NCBI RefSeq assembly: GCF_016595435.1
Contig: NZ_JAENIJ010000002.1
Location: forward strand, 84,545 to 148,544
Reading direction: 5' to 3'
Length of the DNA stretch: 64,000 nucleotides
From: Luteolibacter pohnpeiensis
Lineage (GTDB): Bacteria; Verrucomicrobiota; Verrucomicrobiia; Verrucomicrobiales; Akkermansiaceae
In this document: piece by piece, positions 1-9,948 of the stretch
Position numbering within the stretch: the first letter of the stretch is position 1
How the letters are laid out: every line of letters begins with the position of its first letter
Made by a program: the position numbers and the translations under genes
Notes under the pieces: model-generated
The model's database searches: none
What the model was told of the DNA's origin: nothing
Seen by the model: the letters and a program-made list of their open reading frames with translations, nothing else

Positions 1-1451
1 AGGGTGAAATAGCGACGGGCCGTGGGTGTATCCTGAGTCGCAATTTGAAAACGGGCTAAATGCTGAAAACCACTTCCCAGGGGAGTTGCCGAAAATTCAT
101 TGCGCAACCAGACACCATTTTTCTGGAAACCAAACAAAATCGGCGGATCCGAAATTCGCACCCGTAGGTTATCCAATTCAAGGGCGACATCGTAAGGATT
201 GTAGAGCGTAACCACTGGATCATAGGTCAGCATCGGCACCACATATTGAGCGTTGCCCTTGGGATACGGCCGAGTGGGTTTGCTATTGTAAACATTCACG
301 CGATCCTGAATCCGCGCGTTGTGAGCCACCATCGAGAACATGATCTGCAATTTCGAGATAATCGGCAGCAGCCGCTCTTGGGATGGAGCGGTGATGAGTC
401 CTACGGTCGATGGGGTCAGGTCATTTTTCGTCAATGTGATCTCAGGTGTCCCGACTGCTGACTGATTGGTCCTGCGATAAAGTTGATAGTGATTCCGCAA
501 ATAATCCCAGGTCGGTGCTCCGTTCTCCGGTTGAAAATAAGGGGTTTCTCTGCCGAATACCGAGGTCAAATCGCTATCCGATTCGAACAGCTGGGTCAGA
601 TCGGTTTTAAATCCGCCCGATACCACATCGGTCAAAAGTCCAACTGAATATGGAGTTAGATCCGTCTCGTGTGTTTGTAGTAGTTTGCCTTGATTCGCTG
701 CGGCAAGAGCTGCGGTTTGAAGGGTGACCAGCTTCAGGGGATCTCCGATCTGATCGGGATTTAAATTGCTAATGATACCTTCCGGATAAGCCCGCTCCGG
801 AGAGATTCTGCGCGCCACTTTTTCACCATCGGTCGTCGCCTCGGTATCAGGCAAATTGATAGGTGCTTTCTGGCTTTCATCAATCACGGCCCAGGCGTAG
901 GAACCGTTAATTTTTCCATCTTTCTCAATCGGCACTCTGGCGGCAGCAAGCCCGGTGGTCCCAGCCGTCAAGTCGGGCCGCACCAACCAAGTCTGATTGG
1001 TTAGATCACCTTGTGGCAATTCGAGGTTGAGTTCATCTTCAACCGAATCAACAGAGGCAAGCCAGCCTTTGAAGAGTTTGCTTTTTGCGCCGTAATCCGG
1101 GCTGGACTCGGTTTCAGGGTTCCAACGCCAACTTTCCCAAACTCCCAATAAGTTGGGCTGTTTGGCAGCCGGAAACATGGCGGAAGCATTTGCACAGATA
1201 CGCTGATCCGGACCGAGTAAATTTTGCAATTCACCCATCGCCATCATCAGCGAGAACCGAGCATTGGCCTGAGCTCGTTGCTGAGCTCGCGCCGCCCCAT
1301 CCGATCGAACTGAAATGGTGGAAAGCGAAAGCAATCCCACTCCCAAAACAATCAGCAACGACATCATCATCAACACCACCATCAGCGCGAAGCCCTTTTC
1401 GCGGGCTAGCCGGTGGCGTGTGGATCGTTGGGGGCGGCAGGCGTATCTCAT
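1..1451 (-). CDS. GspK-like minor pseudopilin (type II secretion / type IV pilus family). The 3' end is truncated by the window start.
   Basis: A manual minus-strand translation in the frame whose codon top coordinates are 2 mod 3 reads stop-free from 1451 toward the window start across every segment I checked by hand (roughly 1451 down to 660). It gives MRYACRPQRSTRHRLAREKGFALMVVLMMMSLLIVLGVGLLSLSTI... This has a basic leader, a G-F-A-L cleavage-like site and a hydrophobic helix with no Glu at +5, which is the GspK signature. The ORF track does not list it because it runs off the window edge. An alternative ATG lies at 1470-1472. Confidence 0.45.
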   Translation of the reverse strand, partial: MRYACRPQRSTRHRLAREKGFALMVVLMMMSLLIVLGVGLLSLSTISVRSDGAARAQQRAQANARFSLMMAMGELQNLLGPDQRICANASAMFPAAKQPNLLGVWESWRWNPETESSPDYGAKSKLFKGWLASVDSVEDELNLELPQGDLTNQTWLVRPDLTAGTTGLAAARVPIEKDGKINGSYAWAVIDESQKAPINLPDTEATTDGEKVARRISPERAYPEGIISNLNPDQIGDPLKLVTLQTAALAAANQGKLLQTHETDLTPYSVGLLTDVVSGGFKTDLTQLFESDSDLTSVFGRETPYFQPENGAPTWDYLRNHYQLYRRTNQSAVGTPEITLTKNDLTPSTVGLITAPSQERLLPIISKLQIMFSMVAHNARIQDRVNVYNSKPTRPYPKGNAQYVVPMLTYDPVVTLYNPYDVALELDNLRVRISDPPILFGFQKNGVWLRNEFSATPLGSGFQHLARFQIATQDTPTARRYFT

Positions 1452-1545
1452 ATGGAGCGCTTTCGCGTTGGCATGTGGTCACGACCCACCCACCCCGTTG
1501 ACACGCTTGCACACATCGCAGGGGGGAATGAGCCTCATCAAATCA

Positions 1546-4500
1546 TCAAGGAGCTACCAACGTGGAGTCTGAAACCAGAACCCGGAGGAATACTTTGGGA
1601 ACGGTGGGGGAAGTTCCCGCCACTGTGAATGTCCGGTAAGTCCAGTCAGAGCTTGAGAGCGATGGCATGCCATCGGAAAGAGCGGGCGTGACCTCCGTCA
1701 CCTCCAAGGTGGTGAAGTCCTGCAGATCCGATGACGCCTGAATGGTGTAGCTGATGCCATCCACCGAGGACGATACCAAGTCTCCTGGACCGGTAAAGGT
1801 AACTCCAGCTCTCACTGGCAGGGTGATGGTCAGGGCGTTCACACCAGCTGAGACTTCGGCAATTTTCGAAACCACTTTTCCATCGTTGCCGGCGGAGAGC
1901 GGTGATCCATCCAGCGCGAATTCCATGAAGTTCGGGCGGCCATCACCATCAGGGTCAGCATCTCTACCGTTGTTGCTGGCGCTCAATCCGGCAGAGGTCG
2001 ACCAATCGGCATAATCCGTTGGTTCGGTGCCACCTGGAACGGTCAAGGTCACGGCCTTGCTGTCGGCATAACTCAGTTCAAAAGTCGTGCTGCCAATTTG
2101 CACATTCGCTCCTTCGGCCAATCCAGCAAAGGTGCCTTGAAGGGTGCCGGAGTAGGTCATCAAAGTGAACTTCGTTCCAGCTTCGTAAGTCCCGGATCCG
2201 GTGACTGCCAATGTGGCATTTCCAAGGCTCACATTGCCCGATACCACCACGGCAGAGGCCAATGAAGGACTCGCGCCGAAGGTGTATTTAGCAGTCGAGC
2301 CGGAGGCGAAAGTCAGGCCTTGCCCCACCGCGATGTTTCCGGATGCAGCATCCGGGAGCACATCCATGGTGCCAGCGACCTGGACACTGCCTGCAAGCGT
2401 GGTGCTTTCGCGGAGTTGCAAGGTTGTGCCGGAGGCAACGGTCACTTGTCCCGCTCCCAAAGATCCCCCAGCGCGAAGCACCAAGGTGCCGGCGTTGATG
2501 TCTGTTGGACCGGTGTAGGTGTTTGCGCCCGTCAATCTCAGGGTGCCCTCACCCAACTTTGCCAAACCTCCATCGGCGGAACCAGTGACACCTGTAGTCA
2601 GTGGAGAATCAAATGTTACCACAAATCCATTGGTATCCACGATTGCGCCGTCTTCTTTCACCGCAGCAACATTCACTGCGGTCATGAAACTTGCGGTTTC
2701 GGTATCACCGGTTTTGGCAAACAAGGTTCCTCCGTTGAAATTGAAGGTGGCTACTCCTGCATTGTCGTGGGCGATCCCGGTTGCGTTAACCGTTCCGCCG
2801 TTCAGATTGAAGGTGTTATCACCAGTTCCAAGTCCGTCTGCGCTGCGGCCAAATCGGATGATGTTGGTATCGAGCACTGCACTAGCGGACAGATTCCAAA
2901 CACCGGTTCCCGGACTTTCGCCGAGCCAAAGTTCGCCAGTCGCGGTAAATGTTCCGGCACTTTGATTCACGGTTCCGAATCCACCGGTTCCGGTGCCGAG
3001 CACCAGATTGCCGTTGCCCGTTTTCGTGAAGGAGCCACCGGTCATGTTGAAAGTTCCGATCCCGCCTTCACGGCCGACTGCGAACCAGTTATCAAGCGTG
3101 ACGACACCATCCGCGCTCAAATTGAAGGTCCCCTGTGACTTGGCACCATCCGCATTATTGGCGTTTTGACCAATCCACAGCTCACCGCTGGTGATCGCGA
3201 ACGTTCCACCGCTCAGGTTGAAAACCCCGGTCGAAGCACCGCCATCGCGGCCACCGACAAACGCGCTTCCGCCACCTTGCTTGATCAGATTTCCACCTGT
3301 CATTTCGACACTACCCGTGCCGCCGCCCCGACCGATCGCCAGCCAGTTATTAGCGGTGTAAGTATCACCCTCCGCAATGTTCAACACGGAAACAGCGCCT
3401 ACGCCCTGAGCGATTTGGGATTCACCACCGATGGAAACCGATCCTCCGTTGAGATTGATTGCGCCGCCCGAAGAAATGAAATTCGCCGTGGTGTCCAGCC
3501 CTTCCGCAGGAAAATTCAAGGCACCGGAACCTGCCTTGGTGATCGAGTAGTAGTTGAGTGATCCACCATTGCTGACGATCGTCTTATCGCCGTCACCAAG
3601 GAACGAGAAATTGCTGCCAATGGTGATTTGGTCCGGACTGAAGGTGCGGCTGGTCGCGTTCTCCAATGCGATCGTTGCCGTGGTCAGCGTGCCGAGCGGG
3701 TTGGTCGAAGACTCAGGCAAATTCTGCAACAGGAGCGTTCCCTCCAGCGCATAGTAAGTGCCGGTGAACACCTGATTGGTGGCATCAAGGGTCAGCGTGT
3801 TGGCACCCGTTTTATCAAAATACGTCCATGTCGATGCGTTCGGAAGCGTGCCGATGGAACCGGTGTAGACGTAATCCCCAAGGCGGGTATCGACCGCAAC
3901 CGAAGCGCCTTCGGTCATGGTTGCATTGCTTAGCATCGTTTCAAATTGAGCCTGGGTGAAACCACCATCTCCCAAGCTGGCTCCGAGGACGCCAAATGCG
4001 TCCACCGAAATTCGCCCTGATACATCCCAGCCCGGCATGGCCGATGGGGCACCGGCGATCATGTCACCGTCACTGACTGTGATGTTGCCGTTGAATGTAT
4101 TAGCACCCGTGAGACGCAGAATCCCTTGGCCAAGTTTGGTCAGGGTATCGCCAGTGCCAGAAGTATCACCATCCAACAAAGGTTGGGCGATCGTGACGTT
4201 GTAATTGTTCGTATCGATGATCGCACCGCCGGATTTGATCGAAGCGGTGGTCAATCCGGTCATGAACGCCGGCGCGTTTTCTCGTGCAGTCAGAGTCCCG
4301 CCGTTGAAGAAAAATGATCCAGTCGCTGCTGCATCTTTTTCCACCCGGTAGGTTGCGACCTTACCACCATCGAGATTGAACGTTCCATTCGAGGTTCCGT
4401 TCTGACCGAGGCGCAAGATGTTGAAATTAGCTTCCCCGGTTCCCGAAAGGTTCCAGACCGCCGTGCCGCCCTCCCCAAGCCAGGTTTGGCTGGTGATGTT

Positions 4501-5211
4501 GTTATAGACACCGCCGCTTTGGTTGATGGTCCCGGTGCCGCCTCCCGTTCCAAGCACGGTGCTACCGTTACCTGTCCGGGTAATCGTTCCGCCTGTCATG
4601 TTGATGACACCCATCGCGCCTTCCCGACCAACGGCCAGCCAGTTTTGAATGTCCAACGTTCCGCCACTGATGTTGTAAGTCCCGGCAACACCACCGCCGC
4701 CAGTTCCTTGGCCGATCCAGATTTGTGGCGTACAGATGATGCTCCCGCCGGTCTGGTTCAGAGTTCCCAAGCCAGATGGCAAGGTGTCGGTTTGTTCCCC
4801 GATCACAAGGGCATCATCATTGCTGTTGCCACCCGCTTTGTTGAGAACGCTATTTCCGCTGATGGTCATGGTTCCAGTGCCACCGCTGCCGAGATAGCTA
4901 TGTCCGGTGCCGAGAACCAGGCTTCGATCCGTCAGATTGATGGTCCCGGTTCCGCCTGCGGTCACACCGGCACCGATCTGCTTCACGTTCCAGTCTGTGG
5001 AAATCTCAATCGTTCCACCGTTATTGACTTGGGCGTAATCGACACCTCCTGGAATGACCCCTCCGTCCCAATTGGTCGCAGTCGAGTAGGAACCGGTGGT
5101 TCCAACCCACTCAATATCGGCCGCCAAACATGGCAGACTTGAAGAAATGGCCAAAACGGCAGTTGCAACAAAGGCAAACTTGATCTGAAAGAGATTGATT
5201 CGGGGTTTCAT
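1546..5211 (-). CDS. Secreted 1221-aa protein built of autotransporter-associated beta-strand repeats (adhesin-like). The C-terminal region has a Ca-binding-like DPDGDGRPN motif.
   Basis: N-terminal signal peptide (MKPRINLFQIKFAFVATAVLAISSSLPCLA). About 20 tandem G/T/N-rich repeats of the type GGTGTINQSGG...NLSGG, typical of the autotransporter-associated beta strand repeat. Thrombospondin-type-3-like DADPDGDGRPNFMEF near the C-terminus. One continuous 3.6 kb ORF. Confidence 0.8.
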   Translation of the reverse strand: MKPRINLFQIKFAFVATAVLAISSSLPCLAADIEWVGTTGSYSTATNWDGGVIPGGVDYAQVNNGGTIEISTDWNVKQIGAGVTAGGTGTINLTDRSLVLGTGHSYLGSGGTGTMTISGNSVLNKAGGNSNDDALVIGEQTDTLPSGLGTLNQTGGSIICTPQIWIGQGTGGGGVAGTYNISGGTLDIQNWLAVGREGAMGVINMTGGTITRTGNGSTVLGTGGGTGTINQSGGVYNNITSQTWLGEGGTAVWNLSGTGEANFNILRLGQNGTSNGTFNLDGGKVATYRVEKDAAATGSFFFNGGTLTARENAPAFMTGLTTASIKSGGAIIDTNNYNVTIAQPLLDGDTSGTGDTLTKLGQGILRLTGANTFNGNITVSDGDMIAGAPSAMPGWDVSGRISVDAFGVLGASLGDGGFTQAQFETMLSNATMTEGASVAVDTRLGDYVYTGSIGTLPNASTWTYFDKTGANTLTLDATNQVFTGTYYALEGTLLLQNLPESSTNPLGTLTTATIALENATSRTFSPDQITIGSNFSFLGDGDKTIVSNGGSLNYYSITKAGSGALNFPAEGLDTTANFISSGGAINLNGGSVSIGGESQIAQGVGAVSVLNIAEGDTYTANNWLAIGRGGGTGSVEMTGGNLIKQGGGSAFVGGRDGGASTGVFNLSGGTFAITSGELWIGQNANNADGAKSQGTFNLSADGVVTLDNWFAVGREGGIGTFNMTGGSFTKTGNGNLVLGTGTGGFGTVNQSAGTFTATGELWLGESPGTGVWNLSASAVLDTNIIRFGRSADGLGTGDNTFNLNGGTVNATGIAHDNAGVATFNFNGGTLFAKTGDTETASFMTAVNVAAVKEDGAIVDTNGFVVTFDSPLTTGVTGSADGGLAKLGEGTLRLTGANTYTGPTDINAGTLVLRAGGSLGAGQVTVASGTTLQLRESTTLAGSVQVAGTMDVLPDAASGNIAVGQGLTFASGSTAKYTFGASPSLASAVVVSGNVSLGNATLAVTGSGTYEAGTKFTLMTYSGTLQGTFAGLAEGANVQIGSTTFELSYADSKAVTLTVPGGTEPTDYADWSTSAGLSASNNGRDADPDGDGRPNFMEFALDGSPLSAGNDGKVVSKIAEVSAGVNALTITLPVRAGVTFTGPGDLVSSSVDGISYTIQASSDLQDFTTLEVTEVTPALSDGMPSLSSSDWTYRTFTVAGTSPTVPKVFLRVLVSDSTLVAP

Positions 5212-5375
5212 ATAGGGTTTTCGACAATAAAGATCTGCAACACTATCAAATCGATCCTTCCGGAACCGAATGTATCTGAAATATTTTGGGCCTGGGTCAG
5301 CCTAAATAGATCTCTGGATTAGATGAACGATCAGCTCCGTATTTTCCACCGGAACAGATGGGTTTAGTTCAATTT

Positions 5376-5501
5376 AATAGGGTTTGAGTGGAAGAACCCT
5401 ATTCTCCGTGCCAGGCCCTCTCAAGGATTTTCTCCCGGCCAGGGTGTTCCTACGATTACAATTTTGCCGCTTGAGTGGGATTGGTCAACTCAACCAATCC
5501 C
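5376..5501. promoter_or_regulatory. Two perfect hairpins in the 566-bp AT-rich leader/promoter region of the big repeat-protein gene.
   Basis: First hairpin: AATAGGGTT (5376-5384), 10-nt loop, AACCCTATT (5395-5403). Second hairpin: GGGATTGG (5477-5484), 9-nt loop, CCAATCCC (5494-5501). Both are preceded by the shared word TTGAGTGG, and the second has an alternative TTGAGT/ACTCAA pairing. Confidence 0.3.
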
Positions 5502-5777
5502 AAGCATTTTGAGCAATTTGCTCTGTAACAATCGGTTGCAGCAAAAGCAAAACGATCGATTAAATTCTACAACTCGAATTTATGGTGGATAGGCCGTAAC
5601 TTGATGTGGATTTTAACCCACAGACAAAACGGTTCGCAAGCATAAGCAGATTTAATGCCCAATTAAGCTAAATCTATTCCCAGTCTCACTTCGTCACTAA
5701 CTTAGCCGCTGCTAAATTGATCATCGGCGGTTATACTCGCCACCGCCGTTGTTAAGTATTACCCTGCTTATCGGCTT

Positions 5778-6518
5778 TTAATTGCCGAGTTTGGCTTCCA
5801 GCTCCGCGACGCGCTTTTCCAAGAAGCTTTTTGCCCGCGTTGCTTCGTTCAACTGCCTGGTAAGGTCGCCCGCTTGATCGCTGGTCAGGCTGTCTTTGCC
5901 ATAGGTGGATAGCTTCTGATTCGCAGCATCCAGATTGGCTTTCAGCTCATCACGCTGCGATTTCAGATCGTTGACTTGTTTCAACAACAGGCGATTGTCA
6001 TCCGCTGCAGATTGCGCGGTTTGCAACTCTGTCTGAAGACGTGAAATCTCCGTCATCGCGTCCTGACGGGCTTGTTCCGCCTGCATGAAATCCGCGCTTT
6101 TTTGGGAAATCTCTTGGTCTTTCTCTGCGATCAGATGGTGAAAACTTCCCGTCAGGGCAACCAGCGTCGATGCATCCTTCGTCAACCGAGCAGCGATCTC
6201 ATCGACTGATTCGCTTTCGCTGGAAATCGGAGTCAACCCGAGTGCTTCGCGCTGCCGGTTCAAATCCACCCGGCGTGCTTCAAGATCGGCTTTCAGAGCC
6301 TTCACTTGAGCTTTATCCACCTGATTGGTAGCTACTTGCGGTTTTCTCGTATTCAATACGAAAATCATCATCAACACCGCCCCCGCAAACAACAAGATCA
6401 CCAAATAGAGTGGAATCGGCGCGGATTTCTTAGGTTCGGCCGTCACCTCGACGGTTTCAACCACGGTCTCCTCCACCACCACTACGTCTTCCTGCTCGTT
6501 CGATTGACTCATGCGCAA
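5778..6518 (-). CDS. Membrane-anchored coiled-coil protein, function unknown.
   Basis: Acidic N-terminus, one TM helix (LYLVILLFAGAVLMMIFVL), then a long heptad-like region rich in Q, A, L, K and E. I recognise no catalytic motif. Confidence 0.55.
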   Translation of the reverse strand: MRMSQSNEQEDVVVVEETVVETVEVTAEPKKSAPIPLYLVILLFAGAVLMMIFVLNTRKPQVATNQVDKAQVKALKADLEARRVDLNRQREALGLTPISSESESVDEIAARLTKDASTLVALTGSFHHLIAEKDQEISQKSADFMQAEQARQDAMTEISRLQTELQTAQSAADDNRLLLKQVNDLKSQRDELKANLDAANQKLSTYGKDSLTSDQAGDLTRQLNEATRAKSFLEKRVAELEAKLGN

Positions 6519-6555
6519 TGGTGCTTACGACCCGCCGCTGATGTCAATTCAGGGG

Positions 6556-7191
6556 TCAGGGAAGCGCCAACAGTCCCAGCAGTTCCTGTGGTTTGGAGAA
6601 CACCAGTTCCGGGCCTTCAGCGGCGAGTGCTTCCCGCGAATTGAAGCCCCACGCTACCGCCGCGATCGAGATGCGAGCTTTTCTCGCGGCCTTGATGTCG
6701 CGGATTTCATCGCCCACATACAGCATCTCCTCGGGACGGAGCGAAAATGTCTTTCGAATCGCACGCAAATGACGGGCCTTACCCGTCAGTTTCGAAGTCG
6801 ATGAAATGAAATCGAACAAATCGCGCAATCCATGCGATTCCAGGAAAAGCTCAACGTTTGGCGTCGAATTTGAAGTTAAAATCCCGAAGCCTTTGACCTG
6901 CGGCCGGAGCTCACGAAGCACCTCACCAATCCCTGGAATCAGTGGCAACGACTCGATGTTGCGCCGCATCATTCCGGTCCCACGTGCGATGAATACCGGA
7001 ACCTTGCGTTTCGGAATCTCCAGATGAGCCAGCAATTCCTTCAACGAAAGATGACGCAAATTATCGATCTCTTCCCGGTCGACTTGGCGGATCCCGTAGT
7101 CTGGAGCGATCTCGTTAAAAATCTTACGACTTTCCTCAAGGGTGTCCGCAATGGTCCCGTCAAAGTCAAAGATCAGCGTCTGGTAATTCAT
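6556..7191 (-). CDS. HAD-IA family hydrolase (phosphoglycolate-phosphatase-like).
   Basis: N-terminal FDFDGTIADT (DxDGT motif I) and a C-terminal GDEIRDIKAARKA motif. Confidence 0.8.
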   Translation of the reverse strand: MNYQTLIFDFDGTIADTLEESRKIFNEIAPDYGIRQVDREEIDNLRHLSLKELLAHLEIPKRKVPVFIARGTGMMRRNIESLPLIPGIGEVLRELRPQVKGFGILTSNSTPNVELFLESHGLRDLFDFISSTSKLTGKARHLRAIRKTFSLRPEEMLYVGDEIRDIKAARKARISIAAVAWGFNSREALAAEGPELVFSKPQELLGLLALP

Positions 7192-7221
7192 TACAGCAAG
7201 AAGTTACACCATTTTTGGACC

Positions 7222-8226
7222 TCAAACGAGCGGCAAGTTCGGCGAAATATCAGCATCCAGCCTGGAAGAGGCGCCATCAAGAAATCGCAGCAATCCGGCA
7301 AATCCGATCATCGCCGCGTTATCCGTGCAAAGATCCGGGGGCGCCACCGCCAGGCGAATGCCCGCGCGATCGCATGCCTCCTGGAACGCAGCCCGCAACG
7401 CGCGATTCATGCTCACTCCGCCTGACAGCGCGATGATTTTGGCCCGACTGCGCCGAGCCGCCTTCATGGTTTTACCCACCAAGGTTTCAATGACTGCCAG
7501 CTGGAATGATGCCGCCAGGTCCGCAACCACGGGATTTTGCTCTTTTTGCAGCGTGTAAAGCACCGCCGTTTTGAGGCCGGAAAATGAAAAATCCAGATGC
7601 GGATCATGGAGCATTGAGCGCGGGAAATCGAAGGCCGCCGAGCTCCCTTCCTTGGCTACTTTTTCGATCTCGGGTCCGCCGGGATAGGGCAATCCGAGCA
7701 TTTTACCGACTTTATCGAATGCTTCACCGGCCGCATCATCCCGCGTGCTTCCGAGCTTCTGATATTCCCCCGCTGCCTTCACATCAATCAGCAGGGTGTG
7801 TCCGCCGGAAACAATGAGCCCGAGATGGGGCGGCACTTCGGTTTCTAACAAAAAGGGAGAGAGCAAATGGCCTTCCAGGTGATTGACCCCGATGAAAGGC
7901 TTGCCCAAGGCGCAGGCCATCGCCTTCGCCGCAGTGCTGCCGATCAAAAGAGATGAGGCGAGACCCGGTCCAGTCGTGGCAGCCAGCGCATCGACCTCGC
8001 CGATCGCAATTTCCGCCTCGGCTAGCGCCTGTTCGACCAACGGGCGGAGGTGCAGCGAATGATTGCGTGAAGCAAGTTCCGGGACGACTCCGCCGTGCTC
8101 ACGATGGAGCTCGATCTGGGACGAAATGACCGATGCGAGCACCTCGGTCGGTTCGCCTTTGGCTCCGCGCAAAACAGCCACCGCTGTTTCGTCACAGGAA
8201 GATTCAATTGCCAGGATCAGTGCCAC
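7222..8226 (-). CDS. tsaD: tRNA N6-adenosine threonylcarbamoyltransferase TsaD (Kae1/YgjD family).
   Basis: MALILAIESSCDETAVAVL start, HLEGHLLS and GGVSMNRALR motifs, 334 aa. Confidence 0.9.
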   Translation of the reverse strand: MALILAIESSCDETAVAVLRGAKGEPTEVLASVISSQIELHREHGGVVPELASRNHSLHLRPLVEQALAEAEIAIGEVDALAATTGPGLASSLLIGSTAAKAMACALGKPFIGVNHLEGHLLSPFLLETEVPPHLGLIVSGGHTLLIDVKAAGEYQKLGSTRDDAAGEAFDKVGKMLGLPYPGGPEIEKVAKEGSSAAFDFPRSMLHDPHLDFSFSGLKTAVLYTLQKEQNPVVADLAASFQLAVIETLVGKTMKAARRSRAKIIALSGGVSMNRALRAAFQEACDRAGIRLAVAPPDLCTDNAAMIGFAGLLRFLDGASSRLDADISPNLPLV

Positions 8227-8256
8227 GGAAAGATCGTTGAAGGATTCGGCAGAAAC

Positions 8257-9108
8257 TCACAACAACGAAACTGGCACATCCTCGCCATCTGCGCGCCGTA
8301 TCGACAAATTCGACTCGCCTGCCCCGCGTTTGAGATAACCGAGCGCGGCCCGTGTCCCATCAAGTGCCATCGGTGAAATGCTGGTGATTTCACCTGCGAT
8401 ACGATCTCCATCGTAGATCGAGAGATCGATCGAATCCGGCACGTCACTTGGGATCGAGAACCGCTGCAGGTTGCGATTCACCTTTCCGGCAGACTTGATC
8501 CGGGAGATCACTTCCTGGCCAATGTAGCAGCCTTTCGCGTAAGAAATGTCGGTGGTTTCCAGGTTAGCCTCAGGCGGTAACATCCCAGGTTGCAATTCCT
8601 TGCCCCAAGCCGGAACGGCATGGGAAATTCTGAAATCTTCCAACTGATCCATCGGAATCTCATCGATTTCATCCAACCCATGCGCTTCCGCCCCGACCGG
8701 CAACCAGCAATCGATGCCACTGGTCCCGAAACGATCTGTAGGGCTCGCCAGCATTCCGGCGGTTTCCTTGGGTTCGCAATCGAGCAAATGGACCAAACAT
8801 AATTCTGCCGTCCGATCGCGCACCTCGACATCATCCGCGATCAGATAGCGCGTCAGCCTTGCCTCAAGCTCGCCTTCATCGCCGTGCTCACAGGATACCC
8901 AGATCGCCTGATTCTCCGCTTCAGCCAGCCAAACCCGGAACTGCAGCTTGCCTTTGGCATCGGTGACGCAGGACGACCAGCTTTTGCCGGAGCCGATCAC
9001 CTTGCGGACATCCTGAGTCAGTTGCCCGTTCAAAAATCGGATCGCGTCCGGCCCGCTAAACTCTAACAAGGCCTTGGTTGGTATGGCGATTTTACCGCGT
9101 AAGCTCAC
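8257..9108 (-). CDS. ygfZ: YgfZ/GcvT-like folate-binding tRNA-modification protein.
   Basis: KGCYIGQEVISRIKSAGKV motif and FSGPDAIRFLNGQLTQDV N-terminal region. The ORF-track ATG at 9171 overlaps the upstream gene by 67 bp. A GTG at 9106-9108 overlaps the upstream TGA (GTGA) and gives a YgfZ-sized 283-aa protein, so I use that start. Confidence 0.7.
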   Translation of the reverse strand: MSLRGKIAIPTKALLEFSGPDAIRFLNGQLTQDVRKVIGSGKSWSSCVTDAKGKLQFRVWLAEAENQAIWVSCEHGDEGELEARLTRYLIADDVEVRDRTAELCLVHLLDCEPKETAGMLASPTDRFGTSGIDCWLPVGAEAHGLDEIDEIPMDQLEDFRISHAVPAWGKELQPGMLPPEANLETTDISYAKGCYIGQEVISRIKSAGKVNRNLQRFSIPSDVPDSIDLSIYDGDRIAGEITSISPMALDGTRAALGYLKRGAGESNLSIRRADGEDVPVSLL

Positions 9109-9944
9109 GAATCGGTTAGATAAGGTTTTGCCATAGCCGCGAAATCCAATCCGCCAAGCCCGGAATCGCACAGCGCTTGCATGCGAGTCGAGACCGCTTT
9201 GATGCCCGGGGCATCGATGCCTGCCTCGCCTGCCAGATCCAGCGCGTATTTGCTATCCTTGAGCATGTTCTCCAGCGAGAAATGGGTGTCGTAATCACCA
9301 CTCGCCATCGCCGGCAGCTTCATTCCTGCCAGCACAGAAGCTGAAGCATTTTGGGAAACGGCATCGATGAACGCATCTGCCGCGACTCCGTGTTTCACGG
9401 CGACGGCCAATCCTTCCGCCAAGGCTTGAACCGTGCTGGCGGTGATCAAATTGGTAGCAACCTTCACCACGGTTCCAGCACCGACTTTCCCGCAGTGAAG
9501 CAAGGATTTTGAGGTGGCCTGGAGATACGGGGTGACTTGCTCGATCAGCGCTTCATCGCCGCCGAGGTAATACACCAACTGCCCACCCGCTGAGGCGTTT
9601 TTGCTACCGGTGAAGGGTGAATCGAGAAACTTGCAACCCAGTTCCTGACAACGATTGTCGAGCCAGAGCGTGGTCACCAGATCGATGGTCGCATGATTGA
9701 TCACGATTTGTCCCGGCTTCAATTCCGGGGCGATTCTGGCAAAAATTTCCCGCACCGTTGGCGCATCTTTCAGATAGATCGAAATGATTTCCGCATCGCG
9801 AACCGCCTCTTCCGGGGTAGCGACCTCACCGGGCAGCGCTTTTGGCGTGCGATTCCAGCATGCAACCTCCCAACCGGCGTTTTGCAAACACGCAGACGCG
9901 CGTGAACCGATGATTCCTAAACCCAATACCGCTGCTTTTTTCAT
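9105..9944 (-). CDS. NAD(P)-dependent oxidoreductase of the 3-hydroxyisobutyrate / 6-phosphogluconate dehydrogenase-like family.
   Basis: MKKAAVLGLGIIGSRAS Rossmann motif. The start is trimmed to the internal ATG at 9942-9944, which is preceded by GAGG. The track ORF begins 30 codons earlier. Confidence 0.8.
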   Translation of the reverse strand: MKKAAVLGLGIIGSRASACLQNAGWEVACWNRTPKALPGEVATPEEAVRDAEIISIYLKDAPTVREIFARIAPELKPGQIVINHATIDLVTTLWLDNRCQELGCKFLDSPFTGSKNASAGGQLVYYLGGDEALIEQVTPYLQATSKSLLHCGKVGAGTVVKVATNLITASTVQALAEGLAVAVKHGVAADAFIDAVSQNASASVLAGMKLPAMASGDYDTHFSLENMLKDSKYALDLAGEAGIDAPGIKAVSTRMQALCDSGLGGLDFAAMAKPYLTDS

Positions 9945-9948
9945 AACC

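Noticed and set aside
2201-5142. Several 100-270-aa plus-strand ORFs.
   Set aside because: They all lie inside the 1221-aa repeat-protein gene on the opposite strand.
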